Positions 13,801 to 27,100 of a stretch of DNA of 64,000 bases are shown one piece after another. The position numbers and the translations under genes were made by a program. Within the stretch, counting starts at the first letter, position 1, and each line of letters begins with the position of its first letter. The DNA is from Raillietiella orientalis (Eukaryota). The DNA is taken from positions 558,001-622,000 of the forward strand of contig JAYWIR010000019.1 of NCBI GenBank assembly GCA_036172245.1, written 5' to 3'. The notes beneath the pieces were generated by a model. The model saw only the letters and a program-made list of their open reading frames with translations, did not search any database and was not told where the DNA came from.

Positions 13801-16800
13801 TTGCCAAAAATTACAGTGCAAGGTTTGTTTTTGAACTTTAACAATTTATATTTTATTGTTATATGTTATTTGTAAGAAATTACAAGTCAGGTGGAGGTTT
13901 GATGTTAATTGTGTGTTCTTTGTATTGTTACATCCGGATGCCTGTGATCAGATGTTAAATTCAAAGAATTGGATAGTTACAACGAAATATTTAAATTCTT
14001 ATGTTGAATCTATTTAAGTGAAAAAACAAATCAAAAGGTCTGCCAAGAGTGAATGTCATGTAAGATTTTTAGAAAAAGCTACCGAGTTTTTCAAGAAATG
14101 TCCAATGTAAGTGGTACCATGAATTCCTATATTAGTGCATACATATAAGAATTTATGAATGAGTTAGAAACGATGCTATCAGCCATAGGAGCAAATTCTG
14201 AAAAGCTAAGGTACTTTTTGAAACAATGAAACTGCTGAAAAATTATCTTTTTTTGCTTTTACTTGATTTGATGATGACAGCTACGACTTTTGCCTCATAA
14301 TAGGGTGATTACAGATATAAAACAGTCCTATTTTCAGAAATCACAACAAAAAAATTAACTTCTTTTTTCTGCACTCCTTAATCAGGCTGAAGTATATGAA
14401 ATATAGCTAGCTGGTATGAGTCACAATTACAACAGTTTAGCATATTTGCAGGCTAATACACGCAAAAAAAATAGGAATCAGCTTAAAATTGAGTGACATG
14501 AAAATTACTTTTGAGTGGCCCAACGAGTTTATGGGAAAGTCTTGAACTTTTCTCGTAAAAAATAAAGTAGGGAAAATCGTGCACAGTATTGGGAGGAGTC
14601 TGATACCTTTTTTTGACATTGTGATTGTTTAATGTAGCCAAGCACTTTTAATGAAACTATAAGTCTGTTTGTACCTTTTATTAAAATAAAACTTTAAGAG
14701 AAAATAAGAAAATGTCTGTGATAAACATCCTTGAAATGATTGACAAATGGTAGAAGTACCAATTGGCAATGGTGAAATTACAGATTGAAAATTCAAAGTT
14801 GGAATCAAATCAAAAAATATATGTACTGAGAAACAGAACTATGGAATTGAAGCAAACAATTTCATCAAAAGTTGCCAGAGTAGCAAATTATAAATCAAAA
14901 TGATGCAAAGATGAAAAAAGAATTGTAATTGTTTTCAAGCTGTGGAAGGCATGAAAATAAAGATGGTCGTTATTTCTTTTAATGCCGCAATCTAAAACGA
15001 TACTATATTCATCCGTTGGAGCAGTGGTTTAAATAATATCGTACAGAAATAAATCCAAAACAAGTTGTTGCATAACATGATCCAAAATTATGTCGAATAA
15101 ATGAAATAAGCTGCCTTTGATTTAAGTGAGCCTTAAATTAAGCTGCATTTTGATTCACACAGAGTTGATTATGTGAAGTCATATCTGGAAGTGAATTGTA
15201 CAAGTGTAAATAAAACGAGAAAAACCACAATATTTAATTCCAGGTGTAAAATTCAGGTATATTGATAAGTCACAGAAAAGAAACAAGAAAACTTTTCATC
15301 AGGAAACTATTAAATACCATCATTGAAAGCTATTTTAAAATGCACAAGACGCACATTGTATTTTGTGTATGTAAATTGATTTTGTATTTAGAAGAATTGC
15401 CATGTTATGAACAAGAATTACGTAATCGGAAAGATACGTGTTGCTCTTGTTAGAAAAACAAACGGAAGACATATGGCAAAAAAAAAAATAGCCACTTTCA
15501 GTCCCAAATGACACAGGACTAAATGATATTAGCATTATTACCAAGTAGACTCTGAAAAAGATTTGAAGCATTGCTTGAAATAGAATCCAGAAAATTTATT
15601 AAAGATTAACTGAGTAATGAACCTGATTAACACACACTATCAAGTCCTGGATAGAATTTAAGCAAAAAGATGTCCAAAGTTGAAAATTGAGAAATCTAAT
15701 CGAATTGAAAATTAAGAAAGTTCAAGAGAATGTGAGCAAAGAGGAATGTTTGAAATACGTGATGACAAATAATGTACATCATGATGAGTATGATGTAAAG
15801 TGATTGCAGGAGAGTATTTGGTGCTACAAAAGCAAAAACGGCAGGATGGGAGTATCTGTGAGAGAATATAGAGAAAGCTATTGCAATAGACTGGTTTTGA
15901 GTTAGGACTTATAGAATGTGATTCAAAATTTGTTTTGCGTCATTCTTATTGCGTGGCTCAGGTGTGTGTTCTTTGATTCATGTTATTAATACTTCATTAT
16001 AAGGAATATCAAGTCATTTAGTACATTTCATTGTAAGGAAATCTGTAGTTTTAAGGTAAAGACTCTGGATTCTACAGTGGTACATTAGCAATGTAAATAG
16101 TACAAAGGAAAGTTAAAAGCATTCATTAAAGTGCAGTTATGCACTACAATGAAAAATAAATATCATAAGATGAAAATTAAATTAAATAATACGAATGTTG
16201 TACGACTTGAAATACCTACAATTTTTGGCAAGAGGGTGTTACAACCAAGTACCTTTTCAAGTTATTAAGTTCATCAAGTTGATTTTCAACTTGAGTAAGT
16301 AATAAACAATCACATAAATTACCTTTAGCTGTTCAAGTTTATGATAGGTATTAAGTTAAAATACTTTTTTCCCAAACTTTTAAATAAAAAACTATTAAAC
16401 TGTTGTTTATATGCTTTAATTAATAATGTCGTATAAAGACAACTTTAGAACTCATAAGTTTCACTTTGTCATCATCAGCTTTTCTACTTTACTGTGACGT
16501 CTTAACTTTTTCTAAGCCCCCCTTTTCTCGTAATTTTTTAAATGATGGGATTTCTATGCTAGAAAATTCTTCAACTAAATGGTGCTGTATCCCAAATGGA
16601 GCATTTATGGATCTTTATTCCCAGATCTGACATTCCATCTAAGCAATCACTCCATTTTATCTGCAATAAAATCTGCTTTTCTTGCAGGGATACACATTGT
16701 GCACTAGGTTTGCCAGTTTGTCTGACCAGAAGGCCATTGAAATAATAGGTGCGAATTATCATCCAAGGCGATATTTGTGCATGTTAAGAAATTCTTTTTT

Positions 16801-19800
16801 CATGATCCATATTAACATACTTTCTGTTGTTTGGTTCTTGTTCAAGATGTTTGATGCTTTTTTAGATACTACTGAGGGATAAAAATTTTACCGCGAGCAA
16901 GCAGTTGTTACATAAGATGTGGAGGCAGAAACATTTTCCTAGTTCTTTAAAAGATGAAATCAAGAAATGGCTTAAAGCAGGTATATCCCATGTGACTCCA
17001 TTTTTAATGAAATGCTTCTTTATATGCATTTTATTGCTTGTAACTTCAGAAGATCACTAATATTCATTTCATGTAATTAAATGAAAAGTTTGGCCTCATG
17101 TAGGTTCCTGGCAGTTTCTTGCCAACTTCATTTGTCTGCATTTAATTCATTTGCAGAATTCCATCCAAAACTTTTCCCTTTTTGTCCATATGGGTAATTA
17201 GATGTTTCGATGTTGAAGAATTGGAGATTAGTAGCTTTTCAATCAAGAAAACTGTTTGCAGATATGTGGAGAAATCATGCTGTTTTCCAGATTTAGCCAA
17301 TGTTTCAATTTAAGCCTTTTGGTTCTTGCTTGTGCTCTCGTATTGGTTTCTTCTTCCTCTTCTTATTATGGAACTTTACAGCATTAAATCAGCCATTTAT
17401 CTGTTGACTGTTTAGCTGCATTCCTTGGTGAATGAGCTATTTTAAAATTCGATGAAATGGCCTTTGTACTCCTTTTCTACATTCTTTTTGCTTGTGCCAT
17501 CGAGCTTGACTTTTTCTGTGCTCATGTACTATTCAAATTGCAAAATTTTCAATTGTAAAATTTCTCGGTTAGAAATTTTTGTTCATTCAATAATTTTGAA
17601 AATATGCAATCTTTAAATTACATTCGGTTGTTTGAAATCTGCTTCAGAATTAACTTTGTAAGGTAGGTTGCCCTCCAAAAGTTTCTGTGCCCCAAAGATT
17701 AGCATATTCACGATATTTTGTTCTATTAAAGTTAAAATTTATTGTGCTGTTTATTAAAGTGCTTACGTATCTTTGAATTATCATACCTCAAATGTTTGGA
17801 TGAATTAAGTTGCAAACAAGTAGACTGAGTCTGCTTGATTTCTGTCTCACTGATTTAATAGTTTCTTTCTGCACTGTAGTGAGTATGATCGTGAAATGCG
17901 AAGAAGAGCTGCAAACCACGAGTTCATCAGATTTTCTGAAGAAGGAAAAAATGTATGAGAAAATTGGTGACAATTTAGCCAAACTGGAGGCTTATGAAAT
18001 TTCCGTGGAATATTATCTCAAGATGCTAGCTGTGAGAATGCTCATGCTTATGTATCTAGAATGGAAACCACTCTGTTCTTCGTAAACTATCCGTCTATTT
18101 ACCTACATCTTGCTTTTCACATCTAAAGAAATTCAAATCAGGAATCTAAGGCTTCATGAGATTACCTTTCCGCTTCCTTTTGTTAAATTAGATGCTAGAC
18201 AGTTTTACATCAGTAAGGGAGTAACAAATGTATGAGATTTTAAGTTTTGATTTGGCACAGTCATGGGTCTTTACTTCAGTCTAATAGCCCTAACTTTCTA
18301 GTGTGTGGTGAGTGCTGGAAAGTCGGGGACTGATCTGGTTCCTGCTCATTTGTCTCTTGCATACACATACATGGATGATTCCCAATTCCAGGAAGCTAGC
18401 AAACATTTCAGAAGTGCTCTCTCTCTGCAGGAAGGTAATCCAAAAGAAGTAAGTGTGTTTATATTTCGTACTTAGTCGTGAGATTGCATCGACTTTTATT
18501 TTTTCATTTATTCGAAGTGCAGTATATCAAAAAAGGAGTGATTCTGTAGAATGTCATGAGCACATTTGGAAAGCATTGTAAATGTGTGAATTTTCATCTT
18601 ACAAGATTATGTGATTGTATAACCAATCCCAAATTTCTTATTCAGCTTTTGTGATTTCTGAATTAGCCTTCTGTGATATGTACCACTCATCTTTTGTTCT
18701 TTTATCTGCTTCTCAATTGCATCAACCAAAACTATGTTGAAAATGATGCCACTTTTCGTTCCAAAATGAAATTGTACAACACTTCTCCTTCCAAAAAAAA
18801 GTTTCTAGTGAGTTCCTCTACATCATAAGAATGGTTTCTAAAGTCTGAGCACTGGTCATTCACATTTGAAGTCTTTATGCCTTCTTGTGGACTAGATTCA
18901 GGATGACTTGCTTACTGTGTTGCATATTCATTTCAATCTGCTCCATTGCATGCGAAAAGTATACATTGGCCTTTTTCGGTGCAAAAGGAATTTGAGAGTT
19001 TGCTCCATTGTTTTTCGTTTTTTTTCTTCAAACTTCAATTTGAAGCCTTTTTATTTCAAACCTTATGGCTTTGCTTTTCACCAAGTGCCATGAATGCTAT
19101 ATGAAATAGTTTTCTGGATGCCTGCTTTATTGTCTTTCAAAGAAAATGGGTGCACACTGCATTAAGTGAAGGACATTTCTGTTATCGGGGTAGAAGTAAG
19201 GAACAGTACAGTAACTTTAACAAAAATATTTGTTTTATGTTTCCCATTAGTGTTGCAAAATAACTCTCGGTTTGGCTGAAGCAGAGGAGAATCAATCAGT
19301 GGGCTATGACTCTCTGGAGGAGTTGTATAAATCTGCACAGGGATATGCTCAACAAGCACACAGTCTGAAATTAGAAATCAGAACGTTAAGTAGTCTAGAG
19401 GAAGTTCAGAGAAGCATGGGACTTGTTGAACAAGCTGGTAGGTGTTTGAAACCAAGCATGCTGAACTTTTCCCATAGATAATACACATGAGGAAAGAGTT
19501 TTGTTGGATGCAGACATGACTTCTCAGTCCTCTACAAATGAGGAATCCGAGGAAGCAGATAGTTGTTTGCTTACTGATTTATCCCAGATATCGTCTCATT
19601 CAGGTATCATTTCAGTAGTCTAACAGAATTCAAAGGGAATGCTTGTTAAGAATCTGAAGATCCAGCCAATGTCCCTGAAGAAGAATTAAGTGGAATGTCT
19701 GAACAGCCTCATTCTACACGATTGCACAAGCGAACTGCAATGAAGTTTCGTCGCAACGAAAAAGGAGAAACGCCCTTGCATCAAGCCTGCATTCAAGGTG

Positions 19801-22517
19801 ACTTGAAGAAAGCTAAGAAACTTTTGGAACATGTACGTTGTGTGTGTATAGCCCAAGATTTCTTTTTATTTGTTTTGGCATATGACAGGGACATCCAGTG
19901 AATGTGCGTGATTATTCTGGTTGGACGCCTTTGCATGAGGCAGCAAATTTAGATTACCCGTCAATAATCGAGCTCCTACTAAGCTTTGGAGCTGACATAA
20001 ATGATGCGGGGGGAGATTTGTGTGAGGGTCTGACACCTCTGCACGACGCTGCGAGTTGTGGCAATGTAAGAGTAATTAATTTGTTGCTTGATCACAGAGC
20101 AGATGTTGGATTGATCAACAAGAAGGTACAGAATTGCAGTAAATATTTATTTTTAAATGTAGATCAGGGCGAAACAGCTCTGGAATGTTTGCTAGACTGG
20201 AAAGCCCGGTGCAAACAAGAAGTGGGGAAAATGGATGCTGTATTGTCTAAGGAAGTAAGTGAGGTGGAGGCACGCTTGCGGAGAGCTTTGGAAGCAAGTG
20301 TGTTCTTGCTCTATTGTTGGATTTTTTAGTTAATCACTTGTTATAGATGGCGTGAGCCTTTCTAAAAGGGGGTACCTTGAGAAGTTAGAAAATCCCAGTA
20401 AGCATTCAAGTGTGAAATCAGATGCTGATAAGGAGCTCTCAAAATCAAGGGCATCATCTAGGAAGCACTATGCAGCCTTGCCAATCTCTCCATTCTCGTA
20501 CGCAGGTTCAAGCGAGCTTTTGGGTAATCACGAAAATGCAACCGCGGAATATAAAACGGCAATTTCTTCCCTGGGAAGTCGTTCCAAAAGAGCAATAGCG
20601 GCACCATGTGAGGTACGGTATTATTTCTTCTCTGGGTTTGTCGAATCTGTTGCCAACAGTCTTCAACAAAGAGGAAACGGGTACGAGAGTGCCCCGCTTT
20701 GATCGGGGAAGATGAAGTTGTTGATGATTGGCTCGTTGATGACTTGAATGGTGACCCCCAGACCCCCAGTGAAACGTCATGTTGCATGAAGCCGATTTCT
20801 AAGGTTAATGCTAGTAGTGGTTCTGCAAATTCATCACTTCGCGGTTCTCGTAACGAAAAGAAAAGAAGAAAGAACAACATTCAAGAAAACAACTTAGATG
20901 CAGAGCGCATCATGAGATACAGTCAGGTGCCTAAACCCAGCCAACTCAGCATCCCCAGCCACGCCGATGGCCAAGAAACAGCAAACAAGCAAGCTGCAAA
21001 TCAGCCTCTCCAGCAAACAGTTGGATCTTCGGAGCAGCCTGGTGTATTCCGAGTACGCATTCATATAGAAAACCACATGATTCTGGTGCCTGTACCCGAA
21101 TCTCACCGTGACTATACAATTCAGTGGCTTGCCAAGGAAGCTGCTCTGCGCTACGATGCGTAAGTCATTTTGATCTTTTCCACCAAGCTGAAAATGGAAG
21201 TAGAATGTTTTCGAAGTTCCCAGTACTTCAGCTCACCACAAGGGATGGTGCTATTTTAATTCCCACGGATCTCATAACACATGTCCTCATGCCCGAGGAG
21301 GAACTTTTTGGTCGTGCTATAAGCTGGAAGCAGCATTCTCTTTGGGAACGCTATGAGAATTCCTGTCAGCAGTTCAACACGCAGCCTTTGCAGGCTCTGC
21401 ACAAATCATTTTCTTCGTGCGAATTTGTGGAGTCTGTCAGACTATCCGGTTCTGCTGTGAAGCCATGCCATTGGGATCCCCTGTTCCGTTGTCTGTCCAG
21501 TGAACGAACCATCACCAAATTGGTATTTCAGGGAAACTTGTTGCCCGTCGTAGCATGCCAGGTAAAATACCAATTCAGTAGGAGGGGAGTAACAGGAGAA
21601 ACTGTGACACCAACTCAGCAACTGGGTGCTTTGCTTCGTCAACTGCCTGCCCTGCTGGAACTGAATCTCAGCTGCTGCGGAATCACGTCGGAACATCTGG
21701 ATGGCATCGTCGCCGGCGCCAAGCTGGAATCCCTTGAACCCCTTCCAACTCTAGCATGTGTCTATCTGAGTTACAATTCCCTGATGGATCATTCCCTGTC
21801 CAGTCTGATCGAACTCCTGGAACTCTTCCCTAGCCTGACAGGTTTGCACTTGCTCAGCTGCGGCTTCACGAAGAATGGAGCTCAGCGTCTTGCTCACATT
21901 TTTCAAGGTCAGTGCGCCTTTCATTCACCGAAAGCTATCTAAGATTGGTTACAAAGAGCTTAGCCGAATAAATGAGGCAGATGTGAGTTGTAATGTGTGG
22001 AATGATGGAGGTATTTCCGCCCTTCTCAGGAGCCTTTCCGATAAGTCCCTGCAAACTTTTCGCATCAGCCAGGCCTGCAACGATCGGGCAGACTATTTGT
22101 CCTTGGCGGAGAGCTTGAACGAATATTGCAGCAGAGTGGATTGTCGTTTGACTTTTCTGGATCTCGCGGCAAATGGACTGCCGGCCGAGTTCTTCACCCT
22201 TATTAAGCCGTAAGTCGTTGCCTTTGCTCCCTTTCGTGATTTCTTGTCGTCTGCTTAGGCTGCCCACCGTTGAAACGTTGATCCTGAAGAACAACCCTCT
22301 GCTTACATCAGAAGGCTTAGATTCGCTTCTCAGGCGTTCTCCCGTTAAGCAGCTGGATGTATCCGGGTGTCATTTAATAAAGCTGAAGGACCTGAAAATT
22401 TTAGAATATGCCTGCTTGCGGTGCCTGACGATAAACGACAGCGATCTTGGAGAAAACGAAAATCACTTCAGAGTAGAATCGGCTGGAACGATTACACACA
22501 ATATTTATCGAATATAG
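10808..22517 (+). CDS. TONSL: Tonsoku-like protein (TPR - acidic - ankyrin - UBL - LRR), 19 exons, about 1320 aa
   Basis: Exons 10808-10832, 11072-11329, 12603-12771, 13388-13508, 13634-13822, 16866-16980, 17880-18031, 18302-18448, 19251-19437, 19478-19603, 19651-19832, 19889-20125, 20168-20297, 20347-20612, 20660-21159, 21204-21561, 21619-21907, 21957-22209, 22259-22517 total 3963 nt with consistent phases. N-terminal TPRs (EEQRALATIGRTY), ankyrins (NEKGETPLHQACI, DYSGWTPLHEAAN, CEGLTPLHDAASCG), DDWLVDD motif, UBL (RVRIHIENHMILVPV..IQWLAKEAALRY), C-terminal LRRs. Confidence 0.93.
15150..15800 (+). mobile_element. Possible decayed non-LTR RT remnant in TONSL intron 5
   Basis: Eroded traces such as VDYVKSY (cf. 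IDYKKAYD) and a later KY motif in an A-rich stretch of the 3-kb intron; many stops. Confidence 0.25.
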
Positions 22518-22568
22518 TACTTTTATTTTTTTAAAAAAGGAAGGGTTTTTTGCGTCTGTTACTATGCG

Positions 22569-24123
22569 TCACCAGGTTTCATCGTTGTCTTGCCAGGCGT
22601 CTTGCAGGAGGGACTCTTCCGCAACCGCGGCATTCTAGGAAAAAGAGAGACTTCACACTGTTGGAAAAATGGACACGCCCTTTACTTGAAAATGGATGTA
22701 TTCCCTAACGACGTCCGTCGTATTCGAGAACGCTTCCATGAATTCAGTTTCGTCCATTCCTTCGGACGTGTACCAATGCAGGAAGGCCTTGCGTCTGAAC
22801 ATGCAGTCGAACTGGTCGAGGAGCCGCTGGAGCAGCTCGTGGATCGCCGTGTTGTTCCCGATAAATATTGCGGCCAACTGCAACCCCGCCGGGGGGATGT
22901 CACATGCGGCTGCCTTCACGTTGTGCGGGATCCATTCGACGAAGTTGCTGCTCTTCTTATTTTGAATGTAGAGTATGTTTTCTTCCACTTCCTTCATCGA
23001 TATTTGCCCCCGAAAAATGGTGGCAGCGGTGAGGTAGCGACCGTGGAAGGGATCGCAGGCGGTCATCATGTTCTTGGCGTCGAACAGCTGTTGGAAAAGC
23101 TCGGAAACGGTCACTTTGGTGTACTGTTCCTCCTTCATGGAAGACAGAGGGGCAAATCCTGGCATGAACAAATGCAGGCGTGGAAACGGAACCATGTTGG
23201 TCGCCAGTTTCCTCAGGTCGGCGTTGAGTTGCCCTGGGAATCTCAAGCACGTGGTGATTCCCGACATGGCGTACGCTATAAGGCGGTTAAGATCCGCGTT
23301 CTTTGGGGCAGACAGCTTCAGTGTTTTGAAACATATATTGTACAAAGCTTCGTTGTCGATGCAGAAGGTCAAGTCCCCGCTGCTCGAAAGGACGTTGTGT
23401 CCCAGGATTGCATTGTACGGCTCGACGACGATGTCTGACACCTCGAAATGAAAGATTGGCAGAAGGGCCCGCCGAGCGACCGTCGCGGCACTACATCAGT
23501 CTGTGATGCACGTGTCCCCCTCCCCTCCCCCCCCCCTTCCCTCGTGCCTCGGCTGCGCCCTGCTTTGCGTGCTCAAGCCCCAAATGCTTGCCTGGCAACC
23601 GTTCTCTCAGGGGGCTCCCTCGCAGAGAACAGCCGGACCGGGCGTGATGTTGCACAAAACCGTGCGCGGTAGGCGAAAGCACACAATTGGGCTGGTTATT
23701 CGCAGCTTCAAAGGATCAAATCACAACATGATCTGAAAACGTCGCGGGAAGTTTCTCGTTTGTTTGTTTTCAGCGACGATCCAGTAAGATAAATGGAGTG
23801 GGGGATGCGGCAGGGCGAACCGAAACAGTGTCCCTGCGTCAGCTGCAGCCAGGCGCTGAAGTACGCTGCTTGTACAGGCGAATAAACGGTTTCGGGTCTT
23901 GCAGAGCCATGTCGTGGGAAAGAAGGCAAGCAAAAGCGGCAGCAAGCACGAGCTACCGACAGCGAAGACTTCGCGGTGTGCCCCGCGAAGCAGTCTGAGC
24001 ACCCATGTCATCGGTGGAACCCGCGGACGCGGACGCCCCTGACATCCCGACGGAGGACGGCAGCGTCCGTCGTCGCATTCACATCGGTTGAAGAAGAAAC
24101 GCATTGGAGACGATTGCGAACTT

Positions 24124-24175
<52 letters not shown>

Positions 24176-27100
24176 CCCGTTTTTTTTTTTTTTTTTTTTT
24201 GGCTGCGGAAATTCCATGAGGTGTTGAAGAATCTTCACTGCTGGCTAATGAGCGCGCGAAATCGTCGCATTACAGCATTTGGGAATTCAGAGAAGATAAT
24301 GCAGACCGCGATGGCTGAAATTTTTCTACCGGCTGCTTGCTAACAAAGACATCGCGGCACCTGAACCATCAAATGCACGCAGCTCATTTGGTGGTCGGGC
24401 AAATTAGAAACAAGTCAAGGACGGTAGAAGTAGGGACGGTGAAAGCGTCGAGAAGATTCGACTAGGTGAGTTCTTCCCCACCTCTTCGTGACCAATACTG
24501 CAAGGAAGTTTCGGGTCCCATGGAAAAAGATGCGCTTTGCAAACTTCCTCCAATGAGGTTTGATTTGATGCAGTCATCCCTCGTGATACCATCTCTGTAT
24601 TCGCTTTTTGCTTCCCTTTTTTTTTATATGTATATATTTCGTTGCCATTAGTTGTTTACTCAAACATCTCGGTAGGCATTTCGAAGTACGTTTTACGCAA
24701 ACTACAACGATGGCTACAAATTGGAAAAAGAAAACGCGAGCACCATGAATTAATTTCAATTTCATGTACCGGTTCGCTTTCCTGATGAAAAAATTCTTCT
24801 CCTGCGTTTTCAAGGAAGTCAGTCAAACCTCCCATCCTCCTACAACGGATTCCACCATCACGAAAAAGAAGAAGCCTTGTGCAAGCGAAAACTTTCTTGC
24901 TTACAATTGAAAATCGTAGGAGTATTGCATCATTCGCTTCCCGAATTTCTCAGCGGATTGCGTGAGGAGTTCCTCTCCTGGTCAGGACGAAACTCGAGCG
25001 CACTCCCGTCGGCGAGGGTGGTGTGTCGGTTGTTGTTGTTTCCCCAACGAATTCGCGTGTGCTGGGTGCAAATCAAGGGATTCCTGCGCCGAAGGCACGT
25101 CGCTTGCCATTCATCGTTGCGAATCTTCGCCTCCCTGCAGGAAGAAGGACTCCGGGTCAGCGCGCGCCTCAGGCCGCTCAATCGGAAGGGACGTGTCCGC
25201 ATTCGGCGAAGGTGGAGGGGTAAAACGAGGCGAAGCGACGACTGGCAACCCTGCACCACTTCCCGCGCCAGGAGGCGGCGACGGGCGACGCACCTTCCTG
25301 TGCGCGAGCCTCTGGACCGAGGTATAAATAGAATAATATCCGCCGAGCGTCTCTCGGAGATCCGTCGCTCCGCATCGCCAAGCGGGTTCCCACGTGAAGG
25401 TAAAACAAATGCGGCGTGGTGGGTCATGTCTGGGAAAAGGGAGGCATCCGCTGCCCCGGGAGCGCCCCGATAGTAACGGGCACCGGTCCCCACTCGGTTT
25501 CGACTCTTGCTGCACGGGGCTCCCGGATGGGGATCGCGTTTCCAGGCAACCAGCGCCGCGTCGGTCGCGACGTTTCCGCGAATCCGCCGTCGTAGGTGCG
25601 CGCGCGTCACGTGCTGCAGCGCGGAAATCTGCCCTCCACCCCGTGTTCCAGGGTTCCCAACAAATTGCAGCGGTGGTGTTTACCCGTGCATCGCAATGCA
25701 CGGCGCTCTCGTCGGAAACGGGAAAAAAGCAGAGAGGGGGGGGGGGGGGGGAAACAGTCGCCGTGGTCGATTTTTGTTTTTGTTTTTTTCGAAAGCGCTC
25801 CCGCACTTTCGGCCAGTGACCTAGCAAAGCGGCTGCCAAGACGCAAAGCCTGAAACGAACAAGGAGAAAGCGTTCGTCCCTGGAAGAGGCGCCTCCAACT
25901 TCCAGGGTTGGCTGCTCCGCGCGCCAGCGTGAGTTGCTGCTGTTACCTTCGGAGAGGGGAAAACGCTGAAGGTGCTGATGATGCGGTCCGGGTATTCCTC
26001 TTTCAGCTTCGCCGAAAGGAGGGTTCCCATCCCGGAACCCGTTCCTCCCCCGAGGGAATGGGAGAACTGGAACCCTTGCAGAAGATCGCAGTCCTCGCAC
26101 TCCTTCCGGATCACGTCGAGCAGTGGGTCCAGGAGTTCTGTCCCCTCGGTGTAATGACCCTTGGCCCAGTTATTGCCGGCTCCGCAGCAGGCATGCACGA
26201 AGTTATCAGGTCGGAAAAGATGACCAACAGAGCTCATTTTCACGGCATCCATCGTTCCAGATTCCAAGTCCGTCAGGACGCACCGTGGTACGAATTTTCC
26301 ATCTGTTTCGGAAGAAGGGAGGAGAGGAGAGGAGAGGTTTCCTGCGGAAGGCGCGGTGGGCGCATACCGGGCGTCTCGTGGAAGAACACGTTCAGGCGTT
26401 CCTTCTGCATGTCAGTGTGCCCCGTACACAAGCCGTCCGCGCCGATCCCATGCTCCCGAGATATCGTCCTCCAAAACTGGAAAAGCAACGCAGAGGTCAC
26501 GGTGCTTTCCGAACGAACAAACAAACAAACAACCAGTGGGAGAGAAAAGCGGTTTCCCGGGGCGACAGCGGGACTCGGCGCCCGGGAGAAAAAAAAAAAA
26601 CACTCGCACTTTCTTCTGACAGCTTCGCTCCGGAGCAGCAACTTCCGTTCTCCCGCAAAGGGAGAGCAAACAGTGCAAGCCGTGTGCCTCCGGTCAGCTT
26701 CACGCCCGCGGCTTGCTCCCGCGCGTGGGCGGTCGGGCAGTCCGTTCCGAGTGCCCCACGTTGCACTGCAGCGCTGAAGATCGCAACGCGAGGGGAAGAA
26801 GCTCTTGCGGACGTTCGAATGCACAGAAACACGAGTGACGAGGAAATCCGGTGACGTGGACCGCTCACAAGAAGAGGACGTGCGACCAGGCAGCACTCAT
26901 TCATCGTCTTCGATGGGGGTTAACCAGAGGAGAGGTTAATCGCTTCCAACCCAGCAGCAGATGGCAGCAGCGCAAGGGAACTCCCAAGTGCGGCAATCCA
27001 AGACCCGGAAGACTTTACACCTTCTTCGGGGGAGGGGGGGAGGGGCGATCCCAGCAATGGCGAGGGATTCCCCTTCGACCCGCGCAACGTTCGTTCACTT

